Shown: positions 13,012-26,581, counted from the first letter of the stretch. The stretch is DNA of 64,000 nt from Macrostomum hystrix (GCA_950097015.1 CATNEN010000038.1:10602001-10666000), one strand, 5' to 3'. Notes: generated by a model from the letters alone, not told the origin. Made by a program: numbers and translations.

Positions 13012-13470
13012 ATAATCCACACTAAATCACACTGCTAATCCACACTAAATCACACTGCTAATCCACACTAAATCACACTGCTAATCCACACTAAATCACA
13101 CTGCTAATCCACACTAAATCACACTGCTAATCCACACTAAATCATACTGCCAATGAACACACTAAACTACACTGCTAATCCACACTAAATCACACTGCTA
13201 ATCCACACTAAATCACACTGCTAATGAACACACTAAATCACACTGCTAATCCACACTAAATCACACTGCTAATGAACACACTAAATCACACTGCTAATCC
13301 ACACTAAATCACACTGCTAATGAACACACTAAATCACACTGCTAATCCACACTAAATCACACTGCTAATGAACACACTAAATCACACTGACAATCTACAC
13401 TAAACTACACTGCTAATCCTCACTAAACCATACGGATAATCTACACTATAAGCACACTGATAATCCTTAA
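13012..13470. repeat. Minisatellite, 23-bp unit CTAATCCACACTAAATCACACTG
   Basis: Tandem periodicity starting ~90 bp downstream of the FPGS stop codon. Confidence 0.95.
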
Positions 13471-13559
13471 AAGTAAATATCAGTAAAATAAAGTTCTAAG
13501 AGCAGGACAATAGACGGACAATAGTAGCCCGGGTTTTACCCCCTAGAAGTCTGCAATGA

Positions 13560-15660
13560 TCAGTCGCAGTTGTCAGCAATAGCGGGCTGTAGAACAGCCA
13601 GCAGGCAGCCAACCAGGTGCAGACTGCCAGTAGCCAGTACATCAACCGAACTAAGCTGGCGAGACGAGCCAACTCGGCGAATCCAATCGACAGCGTCTCG
13701 CACGCACGCGAGCTGAACAGTCTCAGAGTGTGACTCAGCCAGGTTAGAGAATGCTTGAGCATTCTGCTGAGCAGCCGCCGCAGCCGCGCCAGGAGCCACC
13801 ATCAGGTTGGCCAACTCCGGGTGACTGGCAGATTCACAATCCACCAGATTCGGGCAGAACAGGCCAGCAGAAAATGTTAGCCGGCTGCCATCAAGCAGGC
13901 TGGAAATCAACTGGCCAGGATCACGATCGCCGGTTCGATTGAAAATCAATACTCGAAAACTGGCTTGGGAATTTTGTAAAAACCACCGACCAGCCAGTGG
14001 ACAGCTTTCAATAGTGTGTGCGCCGTCAATGTAGTAGGTGATAGTGCAGGATTTGCTGCTATCATTCAATGGAACAGTCTGTGTGATGATAGTGCACCTG
14101 CCTGGCCATCTAGTGTCGCGAATGGCTTCAACAAACAGATCGGGTAGTGTAAACGGGGTGAGTTCCGCTACGGTCAATGTTGTTGACTCGCAAGATGAAG
14201 TAAAAGATGGCTTGATAACACTAGCAACCTCATTGGATGCGATTTCGGCATTAGTAGCAGTCGAGTTTGCTGCAGGAGGCATGACGTCATTGTCAGTGAC
14301 AGACTCGATGACGTCGGAGACGCCGGGTGCTAGCTTGGCGAGAACGTCGGCGGCGTCGATGCCGGAATCGCGAAGTCGGCGCAGCCAAAGCCGGGCGAGC
14401 TGCAGCGATAGAGCCGCATTCAGCAGCTGGTAGCCGTCAAGGCGCAGTCGCTCGAAGCCCGGCAGCGACGTCAGGCGGGGCGCCGCTCGGATCGGGCAGC
14501 CGACAGCCGCTGCCTCCCGAGCCAGCACTGGCAGACATTCGGCCGGCTGGTCCGGCGATGTCACGGCTAAGCAGCCGTGCTTCAGAATGCCTGCCTGCGG
14601 TGAAAAACAATAAAGATTTCTATTGAATATGCGGACACTAAGTCTTGGAGGGTGTGGTAGAGCGGTCTAGCGCGTTTACCTCTCGAACCAAGGTCCGTGA
14701 GCTCGATTCCGCGGCGAGGCCACATTCATTTGGGGCGCAGCGGTGGAGAAAAGGCTTGGGGGCTTGTCGTGCAATTTACGCCCTAGAGGGCAAACCTACA
14801 AGGCACAGTAAGAGTGCACACTGCCTGACGATGAAATTCAGGGCAGATGTACACAACTGTGTGAGCGTGTGCCTGCGTACAGTCTCTGTGTGCGTGTGTG
14901 CTCAGGAGTCAACGAAATGGGCAGAATTGCCACCTTGCTGGTTGCGGGTCTAGAAACCAAATGATGTGCCATTGCTTGCATTGAATTCCCAAGACTATCG
15001 TCAACGCACCTTGTGCCAGGCGATCTCCGCCAGCGTGTTGCCAAGCAGCGCAGTGTGGTCGTGTCCCAGCGAGGTGACGCCGCACAGCCAGGGCCACTGT
15101 ACAAAGTTGGTGCTGTCGTACCGGCCTCCGATGCCTACCTCCACAATCGCCACGTCAACCCGGTGTTCAACAAACAGCCGCAGAGCCATGAAGGTGAGGA
15201 AGCGAAAGTACCTGGGAAACTCTAAGCCGGACTCGGCAGCACCAGTCGCAGCCGTCAGGTCGGCGTGAAGGCGCCAAAACTGGCTAGCGAACTCCGCTTG
15301 CGAGACCGGCCGGCCGTCCAATCGGATTCGTTCGCGCACCTCAACCAGGTGAGGCGATGAGAAGAAGCCGGTGCGGAGGCCGCTGGATCGCAGGAGTCGC
15401 TCCGTGAATGCCGCTACGCTGCCCTTGCCTTTGGTGCCGGCGATGTGAATGAGCCGCAGGCTGGACAGCGACTTCTGGTCCAGGCCCACTGCCGCAGCCA
15501 ACGAAGACAGCTGCGCCAGCTCCGCCGCGCGGTCCAGCTCCGAGGGAGTCGGTCTCGCCGCCCGACTAGCCGGTCCTGTCTGCAGCTGGTTCAGAGCAGC
15601 AATGGCCGAGGCGTAGCCGCAGCTGCCAGCTTCGATGGTGTTCGCCGCGGTCTTCTTCAT
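13560..15660 (-). CDS. FPGS: Folylpolyglutamate synthase, 2 exons (15660-15010, 14594-13560)
   Basis: Motifs IHIAGTKGKGS (P-loop), FFSSPHLVEVRERIR, EVGIGGRYDSTN, LGHDHT, IAWHK|AGILK across a phase-0 GT-AG intron, WPGR, YYIDGAHT, VLATGSLHLVG. Confidence 0.95.
14647..14985 (+). mobile_element. tRNA-derived SINE family A (in the FPGS intron)
   Basis: A-box-like GTGGTAGAGCGG and B-box-like GAGCTCGATTCC; body shared with at least 8 other copies in the window. Confidence 0.85.
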
Positions 15661-16488
15661 CGCCGCTGCAAATGTTTTGCAATGATTTATATAAGGAATA
15701 GGCGAGGGTTCCGAATGGCTAACAGACAAAACTAACAGTAGTTAAATAACTGAGTGAATTGCGATGATCGGTGACCAACTGTGTGAAACTAGCCCCTCCC
15801 ACTTTGGAATTTCTCAAGTTCTTCAAAAGAATTATGAAAAAATAAAGAGACAGAGAATTGGACTGAGTAGTATGATGCAGACATGAAAAAATGGTTGCAT
15901 TAGAACTCACTAAACCATTATATTCATTGCTAAGCAGAAGGAAATTTACAATTGTATAACCTTTTGTTAAATCAGAAATAACAGCAAAAATTACATAATG
16001 CCATGATGACTTAAAAATGTGAATCAATTATTCTGTATGAAAACTTCTAATTGGTTTAAAATGAATACAGCAACAATAAAATTGCTCTGCATAGTTAAAA
16101 AAGGTTCTAACATTAAATAAAAATGCCTATAAAAAGAATACAAATATTTGACCTAGAATCTCAGAAAGTGTCTGAGTATTTAACAATCAATCGCAAGTCT
16201 CAACTGTGTATGTGACAGAACCAATCTATTTTATGTCTTTGACAGAACCTATCAACCTCGGGTCTAACCTATACTTTAGATTGTACAAAAACTAGTACAA
16301 AGCATAGTCTCATTATTAGCAAATATATATATTGATTTTCTAGTTGACATAAGAAACACGTAAAAAATTATTTTACGATTTTTTTTTGGTGCAAACTGCA
16401 AATTTATGACAATTTTGGCAACTAATAGATGGACAATAGGCCTAGTATTAACTTTGACTTATATTCGAATTTTAATTATATTATATCA

Positions 16489-16760
16489 CATACATGTGCA
16501 ACCTCCCAAATCTTAGCTGGCCGTGTGACTTAGTTTTTGCTCTCATTTGTGACTTAGTTCATTTCATAGCCCTATTTATGACTTAGTTTGCTCTCATTTG
16601 CTCTCTTTTTCTCTCCCCTTTTTCCTTTTCTTCATGCCTTCCTTTTTTGTCCCTTGGTCCCCCCTTTGATTTTTTTGCGCTTGGTCTATTGGTTTTTGCG
16701 ACTTACCTTGCTTGGCCCTTGTTTCACCCGGCCGGTTCGGCCGGGTGTTGCACATGTATG
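16489..16760 (-). mobile_element. hAT-type MITE, family 1, copy 2 (272 bp)
   Basis: Perfect 14-bp TIRs CATACATGTGCAAC / GTTGCACATGTATG; 8-bp TSD TTATATCA at 16481-16488 and 16761-16768. Confidence 0.92.
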
Positions 16761-17461
16761 TTATATCATCATCAATTAACAAGTTTTTTATCTAATCTAC
16801 CATATTCAGTAAAATTATGACCTGTTTACAACTATTTACATGTTAAATCTCATGGCTACTAGCCCAAAGCCCAAAATGGGCAAGATTAGTCAGAGTGATA
16901 ATCACAATTTCCAAATATTGCATTTCTTAGTAAAGCATTTGAAAATTAATATTTGTGATTTGTTTAAATGAATGAATATTTTCTGTACCATACAAAACTA
17001 TTTTTTCATGTGTCCACTATCTACTTTTATTACAAAATAAGTATAAATACAGCTGAGTTTAGCAAAATAAATTTGACTGGCAGTTTCATATCAAGTTTGT
17101 ATACAATACTCTGCTTTTTCATTTTATATACCCAGAATAACTAAATCTGATACTTAGACTAAATATGCAACCAAAATATTTGAAATATAAAATACATTCT
17201 CAGATACAAACTCTAAAAAAAAATTATGAAATTACTTAGACATTGTATTAAAATACCCCCTGTAACAATTTTTTTGGATATTAAAAAAATAACTACCACA
17301 ACTTTGGTGCCATAGTCCAGTTCATGTTGGCTTCACACCAGAAAAAAAAATTGTTTGCATGCTGAGGATGCAGAGTTTTTTCAAATTGCACACTAGTGCA
17401 TGCTAACGTGGTACATCATATAATTTGTATAAAAAAGACATGCACATTTTTTGCTTTAAAT

Positions 17462-18331
17462 CAGGAGTCGGCAAACTTATTAGCTAGCGGGCCTAATAGA
17501 GAACCTAAAAGACGACAGCGGGCAGCATTGACTGTAAAAATATGAGACAATGTAGAGATGAGACACGGGAGAGATGAGACACAGGAGAGATGAGACACGG
17601 GAGAGATGAGACGGGAGAGTTGAGACACGGGAGAGTTGAGACACGGGAGAGTTGAGACAGGGGAGAGATGAGACAGGGGAGAGATGAGACAGGGAAGAGA
17701 CGAGACACTGAAGAGATAAGACACAGGAGAGATGAGACACGGGAGAGTTGAGACACGGGAGAGTTGAGACAGGGGAGAGATGAGACAGGGGTGAATGAGA
17801 CAGGGAAGAGACGAGACGTGTGAGATGAGACAGGGGAGAGATGAGACAGGGGAGAGATGAGACAGGGGAGAGATGAGACAGGGGAGAGATGAGAAAGGGG
17901 AGAGATGAGACAGGAAGGAGATGAGACAGGAAGGAGATGAGATAGGGGAGAGATGAGACAGGGGAGAGATGAGACAGGGAGATATGAGACAGGGGAGGGA
18001 TGAGGCAGTTGAGAGATAATACAGGGGAGAGATGAGACAGGGGAGAGATGAGACACGGGAGAGTTGAGACAGGGGAGAGATGAGACAGGGAAGAGACGAG
18101 ACACTGAAGAGATGAGACACGGGAGAGATGAGACACGGGAGAGATGAGACACAGGAGAGATGAGACAGGGGAGAGATGAGACACGGTAGCGATGAGACAC
18201 AGGAGAGAAAGGACACTGGGGACAGGGGAGAGATGAGACAGGATACTGTAGGTGTCGGAATGGGCAACGGGCCGGATTTGGGAGCTTCGAGGGCCGATTC
18301 TGGCCCGCGGGCCGGAGTTTGCCGACCCCTG
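17462..18331. mobile_element. Non-autonomous hAT (Charlie-like termini) element with an internal minisatellite
   Basis: TIRs CAGGAGTCGGCAAACT / AGTTTGCCGACCCCTG; 8-bp TSD CTTTAAAT at 17454-17461 and 18332-18339. Confidence 0.9.
17545..18245. repeat. Purine-rich minisatellite, ~15-17-bp unit GAGATGAGACAGGGGA
   Basis: Tandem periodicity inside the hAT element; a similar unit occurs inverted at 39230-39575. Confidence 0.9.
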
Positions 18332-18459
18332 CTTTAAATAGACAAACTGGCTTCCATTTTTGTATTTAAAGAAATGCAATATCAAACAGAACAATTTATT
18401 TATTAATAGTATTTAAAGCCCACATTACAAAACTTAAAAATGTTATTACAGATAGGGCC

Positions 18460-20298
18460 GGGTCCATGAGACTTGCCCGCAGGCGAACTGCCCGCCAAGA
18501 TTTGCCCGCAGGAGATTTGCCCGTCGAGATTTGCCCGCCGAGGTTTGCCCGCAGAGATTTGCCCGCAGTGCATTCTGCCCGCAGGAGATTTGCCCGTCGA
18601 GATTTGCCCGTCGAGATTTGCCTGTCGAGATTTTCCCGCAGAGATTTTCCCGTCGAGATTTTCCCGTCGAGATTTGCCCGCAGAGATTTGCCCGCAGAGA
18701 TTTTCCCGCAATGCAGTTTTAATCTTGCAAAAATCGACTTATACTTATCGAAATTATTTACCTGCCAGATTTCAACCGTGTGAATCTGAAACTCTTACTG
18801 CCGCAAATGCATAAGATATTTCTTTGGCATTTCGCAGACACCTCAAATTTCCTTTCTGCTAAATTACTGTAGCCTGTTCTATAATCTTTTGTAGCAGCAA
18901 TTTTTTGCTGGTGCCTGGTGGTAGGGATGGTAAAATCCCGGCTAGTTTCCAATCCCAGGATTGTCGGGTTCGGGATATTCCTGTCCAACTCCCATAAAAT
19001 CCCCAGCATTTTCAGTCCCAGCAAATCCCGAAAAATTGAAATCCCGCTGAATGGTGGGCAATTTTAAGTCCTGAGATTGGAATTCCAGGTGTTTGCTCTC
19101 AAATCCCGGTCCCGGTATTGGAATCTCTAGCTGGTGGAGCGCTGTCTGTTTCAAATTCACATGTCAGCCGCCTGGATTTTATCACCTCGATCTGCTCAAC
19201 CACCGAACGACAAATCCAGTAAATAAGCCATGGAGTCCTATATGGTGCATGTCGGGGACCCCACGACATTTTATAATCTGGCCCTTACATAGAGTATGAG
19301 TATGCAGAGCATTTTCTAAAAACATCGCCTTGTGCATGTGGCGACGGGCAGCTGGCTTATCTATATAACAAATTTAATGAAATTTAAAGACCTGCTTATT
19401 AACTCCTCGCTAAAGATCCAGAAAGCAGTGTAAACAAAGTCTGATGTGATTCTTTCTCGCTAATTCTATCCTGGACCCCTATATCTCAATTCCCAGTCTT
19501 CGATAAAATGTCCATAAAATCTGTCTGGATTTCATTCTCTCTGGGTCTGGGTCTGGGTCTCTCATTCTCTCTTCTCTTTCTGATTGGCTGCAGGCACCCC
19601 ACCCCTTTAGCCTCCTTCTTGTCTTGCGTGCCCCTCATTCCTTTGATCGCGCCTCCTAACCCAACCCCTCTCTTTGCCCACCCCTCCTTTCTCTCAACCC
19701 CCTGTTATCTCCTATAATATATAAATACACTGCCCTTCCTTACTGCTTAGTGTATTCAACTTCAGTCTGGTCAAGTTAGACTGCGACAACTCTACATATA
19801 TAAAGTGAATTTCAAGACAACGTTAATAACAAGCAGACCACATGGAAGCAGCTCCTCCCATCGCTGTGCGCTTTAGTGCAACAATTCGTGGGAAGCGCAA
19901 AGCAGCCTGCGAAGGCTACTACTTTACACTTGAAAGAACTAGCCTGGTCGACGAAGAGGTGTAAGAATATCTTATGCATTTGCGGCAGTAAGAGTTTCAG
20001 ATTCACACGGTTGAAATCTGGCAGGTAAATAATTTCGATAAGTATAAGTCGATTTTTGCAAGATTAAAACTGCATTGCGGGAAAATCTCTGCGGGCAAAT
20101 CTCTGCGGGCAAATCTCGACGGGAAAATCTCTGCGGGCAAATCTCGACGGGCAAATCTCGACGGGCAAATCTCCTGCGGGCAGAATGCACTGCGGGCACA
20201 TCTCTGCGGGCAAACCTCGGCGGGCAAATCTCGACGGGCAAATCTCCTGCGGGCAAATCTCGGCGGGCAGTTCGCCTGCGGGCAAGTCTCGTGCTCCC
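18460..20298. mobile_element. Foldback-like non-autonomous Mutator/MULE element with ~340-360-bp TIRs containing tandem subrepeats
   Basis: 18460-18820 is the reverse complement of ~19966-20298; the TIRs are built of GAGATTTGCCCGCA/GTC subrepeats; perfect 9-bp TSD GATAGGGCC at 18451-18459 and 20299-20307. Confidence 0.88.
18922..19129. mobile_element. Small hAT-like MITE nested in the MULE
   Basis: Ac-like termini TAGGGATG...AATCTCTA; internal ATCCCG subrepeats; flanks CCTGGTGG / GCTGGTGG (7/8 match as TSD). Confidence 0.6.
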
Positions 20299-20949
20299 GA
20301 TAGGGCCTAACAGAACAATTTTTTAGTCATACAAAATCTGTTAAATAATTGGTTGATATTTGTAATTTTGCATACAGATACATAAAACACATATTTGAAC
20401 TCTTTTTAAATGCAATAAACAATTGCATGCTACACCATTGCCATGCACACCATTACGCGCCTTGCACACCAAAGTGTACACCAACCCTTAAAATATAAAC
20501 AAATACACGCCATACATGCCAGCTGAAAACAAATGCACGCCAGAATTCTGGTGTGCACTATATGATCTGGACTATGGCTTTGGTGTATAGTAAAATTAAC
20601 TAGCAAGTTTTGCCCCCCTTCGGGGAGCACTACTGGTCAGACAAAAAATCTTGTGCAATGCAGAAGGACAAAACACACCTGAAAGCAAACAAAAACGAAA
20701 ACCTATTTCGTCAGTAATAATTTCCCTGATTGCGAATATACGTGATTGCGAATCAAAGAGAATTTGAATTCTCACTAAATACAAAAACAGTCAGTCTGAG
20801 CTTGAATACATTCTGAGACATCCGGTCTGTACACCAAGAGCCCCATTGGGGCAAAATTACACAAGTAGCTTACGTTTGATACAACTCAGCTTAATGCTAC
20901 TGAGGTACATGTGAAAACTATCCCCTCAGCAGTAAAAAACCAATGTCCC

Positions 20950-21790
20950 CCAAGCAGCAGAGAACTAATGTCCCCTCAGTAGCAAATAACTAATTTCCCT
21001 CCAGCAGCAGAGAACTAATTCCCCCCCCAGCAGCAGAGAACTAATCCCCCCCAGCAGCAAAGAACTAATTCCCCCCCAGCAGCAGAGAACTAATTCCCCC
21101 CCAGCAGCAAAGAACTAATTCCCCCCCAGCAGCAGAGAACTAATTCCCCCCCAGCAGCAAAGAACTAATTCCCCCCCAGCAGCAAAGAACTAATTCCCCC
21201 CAGCAGCAAAGAACTAATTCCCCCCCAGCAGCAGAGAACTAATTCCCCCCCAGCAGCAGAGAACTAATTCCCCCCCAGCAGCAAAGAACTAATTCCCACC
21301 AGCAGCAAAGAACTAATTCCCCCCCAGCAGCAGAGAACTAATTTCCCCCCCAGCAGCAGAGAACTAATTCCCCCCCCCCCAGCAGCAGAGAACTAATTCC
21401 CCCCAGCAGCAGAGAACTAATTCCCCCCAGCAGCAGAGAACTAATTCCCCCCCAGCAGCAGAGAACTAATTCCCCCCCCCAGCAGCAGAGAACTAATTCC
21501 CCAACCAGCAGCAGAGAACTAATTACCCCCAGCAGCAGAGAACTAATTTCCCCCCAGCAGCAGAGAACTAATTCCCCCCCCAGCAGCAGAGAACTAATTC
21601 CCCAACCAGCAGCAGAGAACTAATTCCCCCCAGCAGCAGAGAACTAATTACCCCCAGCAGCAAAGAACCAATTCCCCCCAGCAGCAGAGAACCAATCCCC
21701 CCCCTAGCAGCAAAGAACCAATTTCCCACCAGCAGCAGAGAACTAATTCCCCCCTAGCATCAAAGAACTAATTCCCCCCAGCAGCAAATA
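20950..21790. repeat. Minisatellite, ~25-27-bp unit CAGCAGCAGAGAACTAATTCCCCCC with a variable C-run
   Basis: Tandem periodicity. Confidence 0.95.
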
Positions 21791-21869
21791 ACCATTATTA
21801 ACCGTTCAACATATTTAAAAACTTTAAAACGCATTAACAAAGTTGGTAATTATTGGAAATTTTTAGAAA

Positions 21870-24810
21870 CATTTTGGAAACATTTGAAAACTGTTAAACA
21901 CATTTAGAAAACTGATAAACACGTTAAGAAAACTGTAAAAACATTTAAAAACTGGTAAGCACAATTGAACAACTGATAAACACTTTTAGAAAACTATTCA
22001 ACACATTTAGAATACTGGTACACACATTTAGAGAACTGATAAACACATTTAGAAAACGGTTAAACACTTTTAGAATACTGTTAACCACATTTAGAAAACT
22101 GTTAAACACATTTAGAATACTGGTAAACACATTTAGAATACTGGTAAACACATTTAGAATACTGTTAAACATATTTAGAATACTGGTAAACACATTTAGA
22201 ATACTGGTAAAGACATTTAGAAAACTGTTAAAGACATTTAGAAAACTGTTAAACACACTTAGAATACTGGTAAACACATTTAGAAAACGGTTAAACACAT
22301 TTAGAATACTGGTAAACACATTTAGAATACTGGTAAACACATTTAGAATACTAGTAAACACATTTAGAAAACTGGTGAGCACATTTAGAATACTGGTAAA
22401 CACATTAAGAAAACGGTTAAAGACATTTAGAAAACTGTTAAACACATTTAGAATACTGGTAACACATTTAGAATACTGGTATGGTAAACACATTTAGAAT
22501 ACTGTTAACCACATTTAGAAAACTGTTAAACACATTTAGAATACTGGTAAACACATTTAGAATACTGGTAAACACATTTAGAATACTGTTAAACATATTT
22601 AGAATACTGGTAAACACATTTAGAATACTGGTAAAGACATTTAGAAAACTGTTAAACACACTTAGAATACTGGTAAACACATTTAGAAAACTGTTAAACA
22701 CATTTAGAATACTGGTAAACACATTTAGAATACTGGTAAACACATTTAGAATACTGGTAAACACATTTATAATACTGGTAAACACATTTAGAATACTGGT
22801 ACACACATTTAGAGAACTGATAAACACATTTAGAAAACGGTTAAACACTTTTAGAATACTGTTAACCACATTTAGAAAACTGTTAAACACATTTAGAATA
22901 CTGATAAACACATTTAGAATACTGGTAAACACATTTAGAATACTGTTAAACATATTTAGAATACTGGTAAACACATTTAGAATACTGGTAAAGACATTTA
23001 GAAAACTGTTAAAGACATTTAGAAAACTGTTAAACACACTTAGAATACTGGTAAACACATTTAGAAAACGGTTAAACACATTTAGAATACTGGTAAACAC
23101 ATTTAGAATACTGGTAAACACATTTAGAATACTGGTAAACACATTTAGAAAACTGGTGAGCACATTTAGAATACTGGTAAACACATTAAGAAAACGGTTA
23201 AAGACATTTAGAAAACTGTTAAACACATTTAGAATACTGGTAACACATTTAGAATACTGGTATGGTAAACACATTTAGAATACTGTTAACCACATTTAGA
23301 AAACTGTTAAACACATTTAGAATACTGGTAAACACATTTAGAATACTGGTAAACACATTTAGAATACTGTTAAACATATTTAGAATACTGGTAAACACAT
23401 TTAGAATACTGGTAAAGACATTTAGAAAACTGTTAAACACACTTAGAATACTGGTAAACACATTTAGAAAACTGTTAAACACATTTAGAATACTGGTAAA
23501 CACATTTAGAATACTGGTAAACACATTTAGAATACTGGTAAACACATTTATAATACTGGTAAACACATTTAGAATACTGGTACACACATTTAGAGAACTG
23601 ATAAACACATTTAGAAAACGGTTAAACACTTTTAGAATACTGTTAACCACATTTAGAAAACTGTTAAACACATTTAGAATACTGGTAAACACATTTAGAA
23701 TACTGTTAAACATATTTAGAATACTGGTAAACACATTTAGAATACTGGTAAAGACATTTAGAAAACTGTTAAAGACATTTAGAAAACTGTTAAACACACT
23801 TAGAATACTGGTAAACACATTTAGAAAACGGTTAAACACATTTAGAATACTGGTAAACACATTTAGAATACTGGTAAACACATTTAGAATACTGGTAAAC
23901 ACATTTAGAAAACTGGTGAGCACATTTAGAATACTGGTAAACACATTAAGAAAACGGTTAAAGACATTTAGAAAACTGTTAAACACATTTAGAATACTGG
24001 TAACACATTTAGAATACTGGTATGGTAAAGCCATTTAGAATACTGTTAACCACATTTAGAAAACTGTTAAACACATTTAGAATACTGGTAAACACATTTA
24101 GAATACTGGTAAACACATTTAGAATACTGTTAAACATATTTAGAATACTGGTAAACACATTTAGAATACTGGTAAAGACATTTAGAAAACTGTTAAACAC
24201 ACTTAGAATACTGGTAAACACATTTAGAAAACGGTTAAACACATTTAGAATACTGGTAAACACTTTTAGAATACTGTTAAACACATTTAGAAAACTGTTA
24301 AACACATTTAGAATACTGGTAAACACATTTAGAATACTGGTAAATACATTTAGAATACTGTTAAACATATTTAGAATACTGGTAAACACATTTAGAATAC
24401 TGGTAAACACATTTAGAAAACTGTTAAAGACATTTAGAAAACTGTTAAACACCCTTAGAATACTGGTAAACACATTTAGAAAACGGTTAAACACATTTAG
24501 AATACTGGTAAACACATTTAGAATACTGGTAAAGACATTTAGAAAACTGTTAAAGACATTTAGAAAACTGTTAAACACACTTAGAATACTGGTAAACACA
24601 TTTAGAAAACGGTTAAACACTTTTAGAAAACTGTTAAACACATTTAGAATACTGGTAAACACATTTAGAAAACGGTTAAACACTTTTAGAAAACTGTTAA
24701 ACACATTAAACACATTTAGAAAACTGTTAAAAGCATTAAGAATACTGTTAAACACATTAAAAAACTGTTGGACACATTAAAAAACGTTTGGACATTTAAA
24801 CAACTGTTGG
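21870..24810. repeat. 21-bp satellite ACACATTTAGAATACTGGTAA with higher-order repeats of 781 and 760 bp
   Basis: The unique junction ...CTGGTATGGTAAA recurs near 22481, 23262 and 24022 with the same order of monomer variants. Confidence 0.95.
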
Positions 24811-26581
24811 ACACTTTTCTCGATTGAAATCAAGACAAGGTTTGATGATTTATTTTTATTGTGGTAAGAAAGGAGTAGATGTCTCGCTGTATCTACTAAA
24901 CTCGCTGGGGGGAATTGTATTGAGCAATATATCATTGAATTGAAATCTGCTATGCACATTTTACCTATTAAAATCAAACACACACACACACGGGTGAGAA
25001 AAGCTGTGATGTAATCTATTTATAAATTCGCAGACTGTCTCGCCAGTGGAGTTGACACAGCTATGTACATTTTACACAGTGAAATTCTTATCAGTCAGTG
25101 TACTCACTTTTAACAAAACTGGCCCTGATGCAATCATAAAAATTGGCAGTGGTATGCACGTTGACAAAATTGGCTCTAATGTAATGCATTAAAAATCCTA
25201 TCTAAAACAGTTTTTCGAATATTTAATCCCCTTAGCAATAAAGTTAAGCTTAATAAAAATACGTGTATATGTGTCCCCATATTTGGCATCTTTTGGTGAA
25301 GAAATGGTGAAAATCGGTTGAGCCGTTCGGGATAAAATCAATTACAACCAAGTAACCAACCATTTCATTTTTAGTATATAAGATAAAGATAAAATAAAAT
25401 AAAATAATAATAAGCTCTAGGACAACTTTGGTGACATCATATCCTTAGAGTGATAATTAAAGAGAGAAGCACTAGACTAGGACAACTCTGGTGGCAGCAT
25501 TGGAATAAATACTTTACTAAGAAGTTAGGCCTACCTACAAAATGATCAATATACAAAGCAACAGTCACCTAGGCCTATGACATGTTTACATAACAGAGCA
25601 GATGTACAGGGCCTAGTAAACATTTAAAAACTAAAAAAACTAAAAAGTAACAACCATGACAATTTTTTGCTTTTACTATTCTTTGTTACTAAATGGTCAG
25701 TAACAATCATTATGTTATAGGCCTAACTGTTTCAATAATTTTTTGGTAAAGTGCCCAACACTGCGACCATAGTCGATAACCACTATGAGTTCTTTGACTT
25801 GTAATTAACTGTTGATAGTCTTAGACTCAGATAACTATGGATTCAATTTATGTTAAGACTAAACGAACTTAGAAATAATTATACTAAACTAGTAGAGTCA
25901 CTGACCTTAGCACATAGGTTAGGCTTTCTGTATAACTTAAAGTTAAACAGAAATTTCAAATTGTCATAAAAAAGCTAAAGTAGAAAATTATTCTCAAATC
26001 TAATTAAAAAAGTAATATAAAACAAAAAATGGCAGTAATTCAACAGTTTTTTACGTTAGCAATATGCTACTCAGCTTTGCCTGTAAGTAACGTTGAATGG
26101 CATAAATTAAGACTGGTTAGAATTTGAATTTTTTAATGATAGAAGCAATGCTCCTAAGGATAATTGGTAAAAAGCAGTATAAACATTTAGTGTTGTCAAT
26201 TTCTGTAGGTCAATCTAACAAGAAAGGCTTAATGCAATAAAATCGATAATAAACTTATGTTTTACTTGTTAAACTGACTATATTTCTATTTCGCGCATCC
26301 AAAGACAACACAAATTTGAAGCCAATTTTTGCCAAATCTCCCTAGGATACTAAAATTCTAAACTTTAATTGCTAAAATTGTTAATTGTTAAATTAATTAG
26401 GTTCCCTAAAGATAACAACATTATAAATTCACATTCTATTGGCATAACTGGCGTTTTGACAGACCCAATGATTTTTATACTGTCTTACGATATAAATAAA
26501 ATTACATCATTTAGAATTTTGGTTCTTAATTTTTCGCTGTATGAGAAAATAATTATTCAATATTTCTGAAAATTACCAAAA

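Noticed and set aside
15661-15733. SL-AUG-initiated mitochondrial extension of FPGS analogous to HINT
   Set aside because: The three candidate acceptors give offsets of 5, 58 and 71 nt to the ATG, none in frame.
19509-19787. Solo LTR inside the MULE (TG...CA, TATAAA-like motif)
   Set aside because: No matching 4-6-bp TSD and no second copy in the window.
21945-24780. Long ORFs on both strands (NVFTSIL / NTFRILV repeats)
   Set aside because: Artefact of a 21-bp satellite whose unit is a multiple of 3.
25180-25415. Helitron/HINE-like end (AAATCGGTTGAGCCGTT...TTCATTTTTAGTATATAAGAT)
   Set aside because: Resemblance from memory only; single copy and boundaries cannot be defined.
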